64,000 bases of DNA from a virus (IMGVR_UViG_3300010352_001202), one strand, 5' to 3'; counted from the stretch's first letter, positions 16,340 to 26,750 are shown. The notes: generated by a model from the letters alone, not told the origin. Made by a program: numbers and translations.

Positions 16340-17710
16340 ATGAGCATTCTGAAGATTCTGGAAGACATCGGCTCCGACACCAAGCGCGGGCACAAGCTTG
16401 CACTCATCGAGCAGCATAAAAGCAATAAACAATTTATGCAGGTGGTGAAGCTTGCACTGGATCCATATGTCAACTTCTATATCAGAAAAATCCCCGACCA
16501 TACATTCCGATTCCTCAGCGGATCCGATGACAGTCACAAGACCCTCGACTGGGCACTGGCTGAACTTGACAAGTTGTCGTCTAGACAACTCACTGGCAAC
16601 GCAGGTATTGAGCATCTTAGCCGTATTCTGTCTGAGCTTGATAGTGATGACGCCACTGTTATTAAGCGGATTATTGGTAAAGATCTGCGCTGTGGCATGG
16701 CGGACGGTATCGTCAATGCTGTCGTAGAAGGATTTATCCCTAGCTACCCGTGTTTGCTTGCTCGTCCTTACGATGCGAAAAACATCAAGAACATTACCTA
16801 TCCTGCGTACAGCCAATTGAAGGCAGACGGCCTCCGTGCAAACGGCATTGTTGAAGGCACCAAGGTTACTTTGTGTGGTCGTAGCGGTCGTGAAATCGAC
16901 ATGCTCGGACACATGGAACCTGAGCTGATTGAACTTGCTCAGCAATTTTCCTACCATTGCGTTTTCGACGGCGAATTCGTTGTTGTCGACCAAAACGGTA
17001 AGGTCATTGATAGAAAGACCGGCAACGGCATTATCAACAAGGCAATCAAGGGCACTATTTCCGACGAGGAAGCACGCCAAATTCGTTTCCAGCTGTGGGA
17101 TGTCATTCCCTTGGAAGAATTTAAGAAGGGTGTTTCCAAGCAAAAGTACAAAGACCGCTTTGAAGCACTTATCAAGGCAGTAAACGCTGTACAAAAGACC
17201 GGCGAGGATGCACTTGCGGAAAAACTGAAGGGACACACCGGTAAGTTCTGGGTTATTCCTTACCGCATTGTCAATAATCTGGAAGAAGGTGAAGCTCACT
17301 TCCAGGAATTGCTGGGTCTGGGATACGAAGGTACCATCCTGAAGAATTACTGTGCTCTCTGGGAAGATTCGCGCAGTAAGCACCTGGTGAAGATGAAAGC
17401 TGAGAAAGACTGTGATCTTGAAATCACTGGCTATAATCCCGGCACTGGTAAGTTTGAGGATATGGTTGGTAGCTTGCAAATGGCAAGCAGTGATAGATTG
17501 GTTGAAGTATCTATTAGCGGCTTCTCGGATGATTTGCGCCAGTGGATTACCGACAACATTGATGATTTGATTGGCACAATTGCTGCTGTCACTTATAATG
17601 AGCGCATCAAGAGTAGAGACAGGCCGAATGTAGATTCCCTGTTCCTGCCGCGATTTGCAGAATTCAGGACTGATAAGACTGTTGCTAACTCAAGTAAGGA
17701 AATCAAGTAA
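16340..17710 (+). CDS. ATP-dependent DNA ligase (T4 gp30-like)
   Basis: Motif I QLKADGLR, FDGEF, LWD, EGTILK, VKMK, SLFLPRF..FRTDK. Confidence 0.95.
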   Translation: MSILKILEDIGSDTKRGHKLALIEQHKSNKQFMQVVKLALDPYVNFYIRKIPDHTFRFLSGSDDSHKTLDWALAELDKLSSRQLTGNAGIEHLSRILSELDSDDATVIKRIIGKDLRCGMADGIVNAVVEGFIPSYPCLLARPYDAKNIKNITYPAYSQLKADGLRANGIVEGTKVTLCGRSGREIDMLGHMEPELIELAQQFSYHCVFDGEFVVVDQNGKVIDRKTGNGIINKAIKGTISDEEARQIRFQLWDVIPLEEFKKGVSKQKYKDRFEALIKAVNAVQKTGEDALAEKLKGHTGKFWVIPYRIVNNLEEGEAHFQELLGLGYEGTILKNYCALWEDSRSKHLVKMKAEKDCDLEITGYNPGTGKFEDMVGSLQMASSDRLVEVSISGFSDDLRQWITDNIDDLIGTIAAVTYNERIKSRDRPNVDSLFLPRFAEFRTDKTVANSSKEIK

Positions 17711-17859
17711 TGGAAAAGTTTGGAGCTATTGTATTAGGCATTTTCTTTGTATGTATGTTTGGTGGCCTTGCCCTTGAGCAACATCAGAAAAACGAATGCC
17801 GCATAGAAGCAATCAAGGCAAATAAGTCTGCTGACGATATTGCAAGAATTTGTAAGTAA
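17710..17859 (+). CDS. Small membrane protein (49 aa, not in ORF track)
   Basis: TAATG overlap; MEKFGAIVLGIFFVCMFGGLALEQHQKNECRIEAIKANKSADDIARICK. Confidence 0.65.
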   Translation: MEKFGAIVLGIFFVCMFGGLALEQHQKNECRIEAIKANKSADDIARICK

Positions 17860-17894
17860 CTGGTAGCACTGTGCTATCAGCACAGGAGTTTATC

Positions 17895-18530
17895 ATGTTT
17901 ACTAAATATCCGAGAACATTCCATCTCCCTTGGAGTCCCGGATTTACCGATGACGACAAGGTCCTAACGGACCTTTCGTGTTTTGTTGGTAAGCGTGTTA
18001 TCGGCACCAAGAAAATGGATGGCGAAAACACTACCGGATACAGCAACGGGTATGTCCATGCTCGTAGTATTGACAGTCGTGGCGGTGTAGACAGGGACTG
18101 GGTCAAGCAGTTGTGGGCAGGTATAGCACACAATATGCCCGAAAACTGGCGAATTTGCGGTGAGAACCTTTGGGCTCGTCACTCGATTGCTTACGCAGAC
18201 CTGCCGTCGTATTTTATGGCATTTTCCATTTGGGACGAGACAAACATTTGCCTAGGTTGGGATGATTCTGTTCAGTATTTTGACTTGTTAGGTATTGAGC
18301 ATGTTCCTGTCATCTATGATGACATCTGGGATGAGGCAAAAATCCGCAAGTTACACGAAGGATTGTCTCCTACTGACGATGAGGGTTTTGTTATTCGCCT
18401 TGCAGGTAGCTTCCATTACGATGATTTTGGAAAAAGTGTTGCAAAATATGTTCGTAAAGGACATGTGCAGACCGGCAGCATTCACTGGCGTCATCAATCA
18501 ATTGTTCAAAACGGTCTCGTAGATAAATAA
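17895..18530 (+). CDS. RNA ligase family nucleotidyltransferase
   Basis: KYPRTFHLPWSPG, KMDGEN, ICGENL, FMAFSI, EGFVIR, AKYVRKGH. Confidence 0.88.
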   Translation: MFTKYPRTFHLPWSPGFTDDDKVLTDLSCFVGKRVIGTKKMDGENTTGYSNGYVHARSIDSRGGVDRDWVKQLWAGIAHNMPENWRICGENLWARHSIAYADLPSYFMAFSIWDETNICLGWDDSVQYFDLLGIEHVPVIYDDIWDEAKIRKLHEGLSPTDDEGFVIRLAGSFHYDDFGKSVAKYVRKGHVQTGSIHWRHQSIVQNGLVDK

Positions 18531-18533
18531 TTG

Positions 18534-19385
18534 ATGATTGTTTACATACTTTCAGATCTCGGTATCCCGTTTTATGTGGGTAAAGGCTCATCGAAAGATA
18601 GAGCCTATTCTCATGAGAAATATGCCATAACAAATAGTGTGGAAGATCTTGGGTATGGTTTATTGAAAGACTATAATCCAAGGAAAACTCGAAAGATTAG
18701 AAAAATACTTAGAGAAAATCGCTGTATTGAATATAATATTATTGAATGTGATACCGAATCGACTGCATTTGATTTAGAGATTGAATTAATCAAGAAATAT
18801 GGACGCAAAGGCATTGATAAAGACGGGATACTAACAAATATTCATCCGGGTGGGACAGGTGGAGATGTTTATTCTACCTTATCGGAAATAAGAAAGATAG
18901 AGATGATGGCAAAGCGTCGTAGGACTTTGGATAATCTTCCAGACGAAGTAAAAGAAGAAAGAAGTAGAAATAGATCTATATTGACTAAACAGATGATGGA
19001 TAATATGTCTGAGAAGCAAAGAAAAGAACGATCAGATAAGATATCAAAAAGTCGTGTCGGAGTAAAATTAGGACCGTCTCCAAAGAGGGGTAAACCTGCT
19101 ACCGGTGGAAATGCAAAAGGCACGAGGCAAGCTTGGAATAAAGATATAGATAAAAATTCTAAATTAGCAATAAATCATAGACAGAAATGCAGAGAATATC
19201 AAGAAAATATAGATCCAGAGGAAAAAGGAAGAACGCCTTATAAATTGATTTCCCCGGCTGGTGATATTGTAGAAGGTAAGAATCCGAGATTATTAATGGA
19301 AAAATACAATCTTGGGCAGAGAGTTATGGATTTGATTACAGGAAAGAAAGATCAATATAAAGGATGGAGAAGATATCATGGGTGA
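18534..19385 (+). CDS. GIY-YIG-like homing endonuclease
   Basis: IVYIL...FYVGKG..DRAYSH, AFDLEIELIKKYGR, LTNIHPGG; basic C-terminal DNA-binding region; AT-rich. Confidence 0.8.
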   Translation: MIVYILSDLGIPFYVGKGSSKDRAYSHEKYAITNSVEDLGYGLLKDYNPRKTRKIRKILRENRCIEYNIIECDTESTAFDLEIELIKKYGRKGIDKDGILTNIHPGGTGGDVYSTLSEIRKIEMMAKRRRTLDNLPDEVKEERSRNRSILTKQMMDNMSEKQRKERSDKISKSRVGVKLGPSPKRGKPATGGNAKGTRQAWNKDIDKNSKLAINHRQKCREYQENIDPEEKGRTPYKLISPAGDIVEGKNPRLLMEKYNLGQRVMDLITGKKDQYKGWRRYHG

Positions 19386-19830
19386 AGCCAAAATTAGAAA
19401 AAAAGAAATTGAAATGCTAAAATCTCGTAGTAAAGGATTGGAGTTAGCTAATCTAAATTCGACACCCGAGGAACTCGAGACAAAACTGACAGAAATCGGA
19501 TCGGGCGTAGTAAGAAACATAACTCATCCGTTCGGGGATTATATAAAGAATGGTCTACCAGCAGCAGAAACGAGAAATAACAGGTGCTATGACTTAACAA
19601 GATGGCTAAAATCTCAGATTCCGGGCACAACTTGGGCGAGTTGGCAATGCAATGTAATCGACGGTGAAGTTCGTATGACAAAATATGCCGATAATATCAG
19701 ATCAGGTCATTCATGGATAGAATTTATCGATGGAGAAAATGAATTTTGTTTTGATGTTGTACAAGCTATCACGGCTGAGAAGAATGATTATTATAGAGCC
19801 TTTGATATCACGAATGCTAAGGTAGTGTAA
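19378..19830 (+). CDS. Hypothetical protein
   Basis: 150-aa ORF, MGEAK.RK start. Confidence 0.6.
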   Translation: MGEAKIRKKEIEMLKSRSKGLELANLNSTPEELETKLTEIGSGVVRNITHPFGDYIKNGLPAAETRNNRCYDLTRWLKSQIPGTTWASWQCNVIDGEVRMTKYADNIRSGHSWIEFIDGENEFCFDVVQAITAEKNDYYRAFDITNAKVV

Positions 19831-19856
19831 TCCATTTTAAGATTATGTTACGCCAC

Positions 19857-19880
19857 AAAAGGCACTCCGGTGCCTTTTTT
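19857..19880 (+). terminator. Intrinsic terminator
   Basis: AAAAGGCAC-TCCG-GTGCCTTTTTT. Confidence 0.85.
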
Positions 19881-19939
19881 AATGGCCGTAAAGACCGTAG
19901 ACCTTGATAAATAAGTACATTGAATAGTCGAGGCTTTTG

Positions 19940-22900
19940 ATGTCTGAAATGAGAAAACTGTTAAAGATTATGGAGAGCGTCCCGCCTGTTATTGCCAATG
20001 TACCGGCAAATAAAGGATTTGAAAGGGATGCTACCGTAGTCATAAATCCAAGAGCCGGAGGCGGCGTTGGTAGATTCATGGAGTTTACAACCGAAGATAG
20101 CGCAATGATCGATATCAAGGGTGTAGCAAGGGAATTTGCAAAGGATGATTTTTCCATGCCCGAAAGGGATCTGCAAAACGGCAATGATTGGTTTCATATG
20201 TCCGTTCAGCCAGAGTCAATGGGAACATCCAACGATAAGCCAGAGTTCCGTCCAGGCGACATGGTAAAGATTGCAGATGTATATGGAACTGTTATCGGAC
20301 CAGGCTTCGGTACATTTATTGGATACGGAACTACAGGCGAGGATTGCATTGTCCTCTTTGACGGAAAACAAATTGTTGTTCCTGTTGAGAATGTAGCTTC
20401 TGTATTAGAACAAGATGCGAAAGATAATTTTGACGAAATGGATAACGATGGCAATTTATCGCCCATGTCCTTTGGATCAGAAAATGTAAAAATTGAACAG
20501 CCAGCAAATGGCGGTATGACTTCGAAGGAGCCAGCAATGGATCAAAGAGACGAATTTTCAAGTTGGATGAAATCAGTTGAGGAGGCTCTTACAGTTGATG
20601 AAGATAGTCTTATCACAGAAAACCCACCAGAGGCGAACCAATGTGGATGCGGACGCTGGAGTTGCCAGACATGCTTCCCAGAACCCGATGCACAGGAACC
20701 TGTCGATGGATTAGGCCTAGGCGACCCAATGGGTGCAGTTGTAGTTGGTGGCAATGATTTTGCTCCGATGGACGAATTGCCAGCCGATGAAATGGAATTT
20801 GAAGTTGGCATGGAAGAGGACGATGACGCAGTTGCAGCATTCAAGGCAAATGGCGGCCAAGTCCAGCAACTTCCATACATGAATCGTCCTCGTAATCCTG
20901 GATCATCTTTTGGTTCGAAGCACATTGGTTCTGCCACAGGTCAAGGAAATAGATCACAACAGCGTGGCGCTGGAGCTAATGTTGCAGTTGGTCAAACTCC
21001 ATCAACAAAGCCGGTTGTCGGTGAAGACGAAATGGAAATGGATCAAGTTGCTGAGAAGCCAAAGTCTGGAAGAGGCGTAAAGCTAGGTGATATTGTTCAA
21101 AACACAACAGTAGTTCCAACCGGCGGTCAACAGTCGCCTATGACAAATGGCGGCGATAATTTAGACGAAGGCCCGGATGATATGGATTTTGATCCAGATT
21201 ACGATGCCCAAGAAGAACTAGAAATGGGCTCGCCGTTGTCCCGCCAAGATGCCCGTGACGAAATGGAGCAAATTGATCCCGACGAAGCAATGGACATGAT
21301 CTCAGTTATCAAGTACATGCAAGACATGGGTTTAAGCAATTCACAAAGACCGTATTCCGAGCAAGAACTTGCCGGAATGAATGCTCCACAATTGCGTAAG
21401 GTACATCAAGAAGTTACCGGCGATATGGATGAAGCTGCAAAGCCCACAAAGACAAGAAGCACATCGCACTTAGATGACATCGACGATATTCTAAATCCTG
21501 CACAAAGCCACCCAATTGCAAATATTGATGAGCCAGCAGGCATGGACGACGAGCCAGAGCAAGGCGGAATGGGTGCCCTTCCAAGAGCAGGTGCAGATGC
21601 AACACGCAGAGCAACAGCAGGAATGACTCCTTCTGACACAATGCGTGATTATATGAATCGTATCAACCCAGAAGCAGGTGCAGGCGAGCCAGACTTAGAT
21701 CCTACAGCACAGAATGCGGTAGCAGTTAGAACAGCTACAGATGTTCCAGCAGTAATTAGCAATGCTATGCAGGCATCGGGAGTACAGACACCAAACTGGC
21801 ATAGCGTTAGCGATTTGCCAGGTTTCGGCCAACGCAATATTCGTGGTATGGGTCGCAATGTATTCAGCATGTTTACTTCTACTCCACTTGAAGATTTGTT
21901 GACAATTGCCAATGTGGACGGACAAGGTCCTAATACAGATGCAGAAATGCGTGCTGTAGCAGGATGGCTAAGAGACAATGCTCAAGACTTAGGAAAGGTA
22001 GAATTGAGCCATGGACAAGCTATCCCTGGTTATAAGCCAGATGTCAAGGAATACTCCATTAATGGAGTTAGATTCCATGTTGTTAGAGATCCAATGGGAC
22101 AATACATTTATGCTTATCCTGATGCCGATGCAAGAACACCAAATATTGCCGGTGGCGGCGCAGGACAAGGTCAGCTACCGGGAGGAAATGTGCCTAGACT
22201 ACGCGAAGAAATTGCACATTTGATTCTAAAACCTACACTAATGGAAAGAATCAAATGGGACGAGGAAATCAGGGAAATCTTCAAGCAGGTTGCCCTTACT
22301 GAATCTGTAAATGAAGAAATCATTGATGAAAGTACATTGAGCAGAACACTTGGTAAGAGACCCGGCGGGCAAAATCTTGTTAAGTGGATGCACAGAAGGC
22401 ATAAACTCAGTAATGACGCCGGTCTAACACCAGCATCGTTCAATGAAAGATTGTTCTGGAAACAATTCAAGAGTGGTCCAGATAACTTTGTTATTGTTTC
22501 TGCTGAAAACGGTGTCGCAGGTATTAAGCCAGACGAAAAGTTTATTAAGAATCGTACAGCAGAATTCCAGAAGAAGGGAAAGACATATAATCCAGGTGGC
22601 GATAGCACATTGCCTTACCAGATTGTTGCTTTCACTGATGACGGCCAACAGATTAATCCAGAGTTGCTAAGAGCACCTGCAGAGGATGGTGAGGATTATA
22701 GAGATCCTACTGATCCAACAACTATGCGTGCTAGAATGGGTAAGCACAATGGTAAGGATATTCAAAATCCTACAAATGTGTTTAACCTACTTGCAGATCA
22801 AATCGGTCCACTAAAGACAGTTTGGATTAGCGGATACGAAAATGAGAAGGATGCCCCGGCCGGACCGGGTTCTGTCGAACGTGATAAGATGAGCAAGCGT

Positions 22901-23323
22901 GCTGACATGAAGAAGGGTGCAACACTAGATCCACAACAAGGTGTTCAGCAAATCTTTAAGCGTGTTCGTCCAGTTCTTAAGAAGCTTGCCGACCAAGCAT
23001 ACAGCCAGATTACCAGATCTGCGCAGCGTGCAATGAACGGCGGTAACTTAGAAGGCGCACAGAAGATTATGGGCAGCGGCGTTAAGCTAAAGCAATTCCT
23101 TGTAAGTCTAGATACAGGCAAGGATATCAATATCGATACAGGATACGGTTCCCCAACACAAGCGTTTTCAAAGGCTATTGTTAAGTCTATTGAAAAAGCA
23201 TCTGGTGGCCCACAGGGTTCAGATGAATTCAACCACTGGTTAGAAAATGCTGCTAAGGGTAATGCTACAGCATTGAAGCCAGTTCTTGACGGACTAAGAG
23301 ATACACTCGTTGCATTGACATAA
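19940..23323 (+). CDS. Large acidic late protein, probable virion head-internal polyprotein
   Basis: Late promoter GATAAATA 19906; MSEMRKLLKIME|S start; many [ILMV]xE sites in disordered linkers. Confidence 0.65.
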   Translation: MSEMRKLLKIMESVPPVIANVPANKGFERDATVVINPRAGGGVGRFMEFTTEDSAMIDIKGVAREFAKDDFSMPERDLQNGNDWFHMSVQPESMGTSNDKPEFRPGDMVKIADVYGTVIGPGFGTFIGYGTTGEDCIVLFDGKQIVVPVENVASVLEQDAKDNFDEMDNDGNLSPMSFGSENVKIEQPANGGMTSKEPAMDQRDEFSSWMKSVEEALTVDEDSLITENPPEANQCGCGRWSCQTCFPEPDAQEPVDGLGLGDPMGAVVVGGNDFAPMDELPADEMEFEVGMEEDDDAVAAFKANGGQVQQLPYMNRPRNPGSSFGSKHIGSATGQGNRSQQRGAGANVAVGQTPSTKPVVGEDEMEMDQVAEKPKSGRGVKLGDIVQNTTVVPTGGQQSPMTNGGDNLDEGPDDMDFDPDYDAQEELEMGSPLSRQDARDEMEQIDPDEAMDMISVIKYMQDMGLSNSQRPYSEQELAGMNAPQLRKVHQEVTGDMDEAAKPTKTRSTSHLDDIDDILNPAQSHPIANIDEPAGMDDEPEQGGMGALPRAGADATRRATAGMTPSDTMRDYMNRINPEAGAGEPDLDPTAQNAVAVRTATDVPAVISNAMQASGVQTPNWHSVSDLPGFGQRNIRGMGRNVFSMFTSTPLEDLLTIANVDGQGPNTDAEMRAVAGWLRDNAQDLGKVELSHGQAIPGYKPDVKEYSINGVRFHVVRDPMGQYIYAYPDADARTPNIAGGGAGQGQLPGGNVPRLREEIAHLILKPTLMERIKWDEEIREIFKQVALTESVNEEIIDESTLSRTLGKRPGGQNLVKWMHRRHKLSNDAGLTPASFNERLFWKQFKSGPDNFVIVSAENGVAGIKPDEKFIKNRTAEFQKKGKTYNPGGDSTLPYQIVAFTDDGQQINPELLRAPAEDGEDYRDPTDPTTMRARMGKHNGKDIQNPTNVFNLLADQIGPLKTVWISGYENEKDAPAGPGSVERDKMSKRADMKKGATLDPQQGVQQIFKRVRPVLKKLADQAYSQITRSAQRAMNGGNLEGAQKIMGSGVKLKQFLVSLDTGKDINIDTGYGSPTQAFSKAIVKSIEKASGGPQGSDEFNHWLENAAKGNATALKPVLDGLRDTLVALT

Positions 23324-24771
23324 TGGATCGTTTAGACTTACTCATTGAAGCAATATTGATGGAAGCTGCTACCCTAACAAAGGGTAGTCAGCGCGTCATG
23401 AACAATAAAGCTATGGTTGCAGATCTTGCCGATGCAATACGCGATGATGCAAGAACAAATCCGCCCGCTTTTCCACCTAATGCAGCAAGGACATTTCAAA
23501 AGGCACCAGATGAGCAACTTGCACAATGGTTCTTAGAAAATATTGATAATATCGAGCGCGAAGGGTACGAAGGAACAATTTATTCCCGTGACGGCGTAAA
23601 CAGCGAATGGATTGCAAGACGCTATATTGCAGGAAGTCATAGCTGGGAAGACTTAACTGGTGTTATGAATATGAACATGCGCGATTTCTATATCTTAAAG
23701 AATAGAAATATGCTCGATGCAAACCATACAGATATTCCAAAGTTTAATAGTGTACGCGATATCGGTCATTACATGACTACACATTATAAAGATAAGTTAG
23801 ATAAGGTTAGAGATGCAGCTAAGAATGCAGCCAGAAATAAAATGGCCAAGAGCATCAAACTTATCGATAACGATGATTATCGCGTATATACAACACTTAA
23901 CCGTGCTGCAGGATGTTTGCTTGGGTTAGGTACACAATGGTGTACAGCCAATTCAACTTCGGATACTTGGTATCACAAGTATAGTGATAGAGCTATGCTA
24001 TTTCAGATGTTTCCTTATGCAAAACAGCAAGATAAGGAAGGTAAGTTTATCAATGTAAAAGACGAAGACGGTAAGAAAGAACTTAGCGATACAGAAAAGT
24101 TTCAATTCGATGCTGGCACCCCTGCTTTTATGAATGCAACTGATCAACCTGCTCCTGCCGCAGCAATTGCAAAGAAATTTCCTTATCTTTATACAGACCT
24201 TGCGAAAGCACTAAAAGCAAATAAAGAAAAAATGTCACAAGCCTTTAAAGATATGTCGGGAGATCCAACTTTACAAGCAAAGGATTATAAGATAAAGACT
24301 TACGAAATAGATGACGAGATTAAGAAATTAGAAGTATTCCTAAATAAGGGATATTTTACAGACGAAGTTCGCCCAAAATCTAAAGCCGAAGCTGAAGCTG
24401 AGCAGGGCGCAGAACAACCACAGGCACAGGCACCACAACAGCCACAGCTCGGCAATGAACAACCACAAGGAAATCCTCAAATGGAAAATGTAGATAAAGA
24501 TGTAGCAGCAATGCTCGCAAGTTTAAAGAAATACGACAAGTTAGTAGAATCAGCTGCACCTGTTCTAGGTATGGTTACACTGGGCGAAAAGAAGGGAGAT
24601 CTCCCACCTTGGCTCAAAGACAAAGATGCTAAGAAAGATGAGCCAGAAGCAAAAGACGACGCCAAGGAAGAAGAAAAGGAAAAAGTCGACGAAGCTACTG
24701 ACACAGCCGATCAAGAAGTGCTTGCATGGATGAAGCGTTTCTCTAAATTAGGTGATATGAAGGGCTATTAA
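23323..24771 (+). CDS. Late hypothetical protein, probable virion-internal
   Basis: TAATG overlap; LIEAILME|A start; AGCLLGLGTQWCTA motif; KLVE|S, KVDE|A. Confidence 0.65.
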   Translation: MDRLDLLIEAILMEAATLTKGSQRVMNNKAMVADLADAIRDDARTNPPAFPPNAARTFQKAPDEQLAQWFLENIDNIEREGYEGTIYSRDGVNSEWIARRYIAGSHSWEDLTGVMNMNMRDFYILKNRNMLDANHTDIPKFNSVRDIGHYMTTHYKDKLDKVRDAAKNAARNKMAKSIKLIDNDDYRVYTTLNRAAGCLLGLGTQWCTANSTSDTWYHKYSDRAMLFQMFPYAKQQDKEGKFINVKDEDGKKELSDTEKFQFDAGTPAFMNATDQPAPAAAIAKKFPYLYTDLAKALKANKEKMSQAFKDMSGDPTLQAKDYKIKTYEIDDEIKKLEVFLNKGYFTDEVRPKSKAEAEAEQGAEQPQAQAPQQPQLGNEQPQGNPQMENVDKDVAAMLASLKKYDKLVESAAPVLGMVTLGEKKGDLPPWLKDKDAKKDEPEAKDDAKEEEKEKVDEATDTADQEVLAWMKRFSKLGDMKGY

Positions 24772-24793
24772 TCCTTTATTGTTATCCGAAAAT

Positions 24794-24839
24794 TTGACTC
24801 TCCAGTAAGTAAGTGTTACACTTATATTTACTGGAGAGT
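24794..24839 (+). promoter_or_regulatory. sigma70-type promoter embedded in a long hairpin covering the exonuclease SD
   Basis: TTGACT(24794)-17-TACACT(24817); ACTCTCCAGTAAGT 24797-24810 pairs with ATTTACTGGAGAGT 24826-24839. Confidence 0.75.
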
Positions 24840-24844
24840 TTCTT

Positions 24845-25621
24845 ATGTCACATAGAGAAGATTTTTTACAGAGTTGTCTTGTATTGGATACAGAGACTAA
24901 CTCCGATGATTATAAAATTGCCGAAATTATTGAATCAGGATTTGTAATCCGCGACAATAATGATTGGACAATTTTCCAAGAGCTGCACGATACCATCGAG
25001 CGCCCTATTCCCCCGAAAGTACAGTCTATTTGTTATATTACGCCAGCGATGGTTGTAGATAAGCCTACATTCATAGATTCGAAAGATACATTTCAAGAAG
25101 TTGTAAACGGATATTCCACAGGGTATCTAGTAGCACATAATCACTTCTACGATATGCGTGTTTTAGAAAGACACGGCATTGATACATCAAAGCATAACTG
25201 GATTTGCACATGGAGAATGGCTAAAAAGCTATTCAGCGATAATCCGGAGATTGCAGAAACAAATCTCCCATATCTTCGTTTCGCATTAGAACTCGATGTT
25301 CCTATCGAAATGCGTTGCCATCGCGCCGGCAATGATTCCTATATGACGGCAAAGCTCTTAGAAGTATTTGTTACTTTCATGGAGCAAATGGATATTATCG
25401 ATAGGGATCAGCCTTATGGTCCGCAGATTATGGCCTGGGCCTCTGCACCTATTATCTACGAACGCATGCCGTTCGGTAAGCACAAGGGCGAGCTAATGAC
25501 TGACATTCCGCACGGTTACTGGGAATGGGGTATGAAGAACACAGATTGGTTTAACGAAGAAGCCGATAACTATGATCCCGATTTCGCTGCAAGTGTACAC
25601 AAGGCACTCGGTATTGACTGA
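24845..25621 (+). CDS. DEDDh 3'-5' exonuclease, ExoX-like
   Basis: VLDTET, VAHN..YD, WICTWR, HRAGND, C-terminal MPFGKHKG. Confidence 0.9.
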   Translation: MSHREDFLQSCLVLDTETNSDDYKIAEIIESGFVIRDNNDWTIFQELHDTIERPIPPKVQSICYITPAMVVDKPTFIDSKDTFQEVVNGYSTGYLVAHNHFYDMRVLERHGIDTSKHNWICTWRMAKKLFSDNPEIAETNLPYLRFALELDVPIEMRCHRAGNDSYMTAKLLEVFVTFMEQMDIIDRDQPYGPQIMAWASAPIIYERMPFGKHKGELMTDIPHGYWEWGMKNTDWFNEEADNYDPDFAASVHKALGID

Positions 25622-25917
25622 TGTTTGGAATTGAAAAACCCACTGGTGAGATAATGTGTCATGCTATCTCAGATGCCGATAGCACCAGATTTCATTCATT
25701 TGTTGCGTGGAAACAATTACACGAATCTGTGGGTTTTACACATACTGGTAGAGCATATTCTCCATTTATAGCAGAGCACCAGTTGCTTGCAGAAGTAAGA
25801 ATGCGTAAACTAAATATAATCTATAAAGGTGCCCTAAAGGTTAGGGAATTTACCGAAGAAGAAATATACGATATTACCATTCTAAAACTTAAAAATGTAC
25901 GGGATCAAACGACATGA
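25621..25917 (+). CDS. Hypothetical protein
   Basis: 98-aa ORF; C-terminal EFTEEEIYDITILKLK. Confidence 0.6.
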   Translation: MFGIEKPTGEIMCHAISDADSTRFHSFVAWKQLHESVGFTHTGRAYSPFIAEHQLLAEVRMRKLNIIYKGALKVREFTEEEIYDITILKLKNVRDQTT

Positions 25918-26122
25918 TGCTATAATGTGCCGAGTTGGAGATAAATTCCAATTCCGCAGGCGCGAGCGTGTTCGTAGTCCCATAATGGTAGAATCAGCTA
26001 CAGAAATAGATAATCTGCTACAGCAATGTATGGTAGCATTTGGATTGTATGATTTGGTTGTATTTGAATTTACAAAAGAACAAGAAGCCGAATTTCTTAT
26101 AAGGAAACTACAGGGTCATTGA
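25895..26122 (+). CDS. Hypothetical protein, paralogue-like to the preceding ORF
   Basis: M(Y/F)GI start; C-terminal EFTKEQEAEFLIRKLQG. Confidence 0.55.
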   Translation: MYGIKRHDAIMCRVGDKFQFRRRERVRSPIMVESATEIDNLLQQCMVAFGLYDLVVFEFTKEQEAEFLIRKLQGH

Positions 26123-26505
26123 CCGTTATTATTACGGGCACCATCCATAGTTTGTGATGCAATCATTCTTGTTGCATTAGGTTCGTATCGCTGAACCTTG
26201 TGGTTGTATGGCAATCCAGCTGCTGCTAGTGCATAATTAAGACCGCGGTATCCCGGTGATTGTAGCTTACCTTCTTTGGGTGCATTGGTAAACTCTGGTT
26301 GTGGCTTGGTAACTGGTTTTGTAAACACAGGAACTACTTCTTCGCTAAACCATTGTTTAAAGTGCTCTTCATAATATTCTTTATTCAGGTTTTTGTATTT
26401 CACATCTTCCGGATTATAGAATTTGTCGGCTTCTTGACTTGCTTCTTTGTAAAAGCGAGCAACAACATCGGTAGCACTTTCATTAATAATGTCTTTGAGT
26501 TTCAT
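26116..26505 (-). CDS. Late hypothetical protein, probable virion-internal
   Basis: MKLKDIINE|S start; late promoter GATAAATA at 26511-26518 (- strand). Confidence 0.65.
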   Translation of the reverse strand: MKLKDIINESATDVVARFYKEASQEADKFYNPEDVKYKNLNKEYYEEHFKQWFSEEVVPVFTKPVTKPQPEFTNAPKEGKLQSPGYRGLNYALAAAGLPYNHKVQRYEPNATRMIASQTMDGARNNNGQ

Positions 26506-26522
26506 AGCACTATTTATCAACA

Positions 26523-26750
26523 ATGATTAGATATGATATAAAAATCCCCCGTGATCCGCACTGGGACGGTTTGTGGGAAGAAATTGAAAAGAATGAAAAA
26601 GTAACATTCCCGTATGATATAGATGCCTACCTAAAGAAATATAAAGGTAAGGTATATATGGATCCGGGGTTCAAAGAACTCACTGTTATAAAAGGCATAG
26701 AGTTCAGAACCGAAGAAGATTTAACATATTTCAAATTAAAATTTAACTAA
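26523..26750 (+). CDS. Small protein of the FxxExDxxxFxL family
   Basis: C-terminal IEFRTEEDLTYFKLKF. Confidence 0.65.
   Translation: MIRYDIKIPRDPHWDGLWEEIEKNEKVTFPYDIDAYLKKYKGKVYMDPGFKELTVIKGIEFRTEEDLTYFKLKFN

Noticed and set aside
16259-17479. 406-aa antisense ORF
   Set aside because: Shadow of the DNA ligase gene caused by codon bias; no recognisable motif
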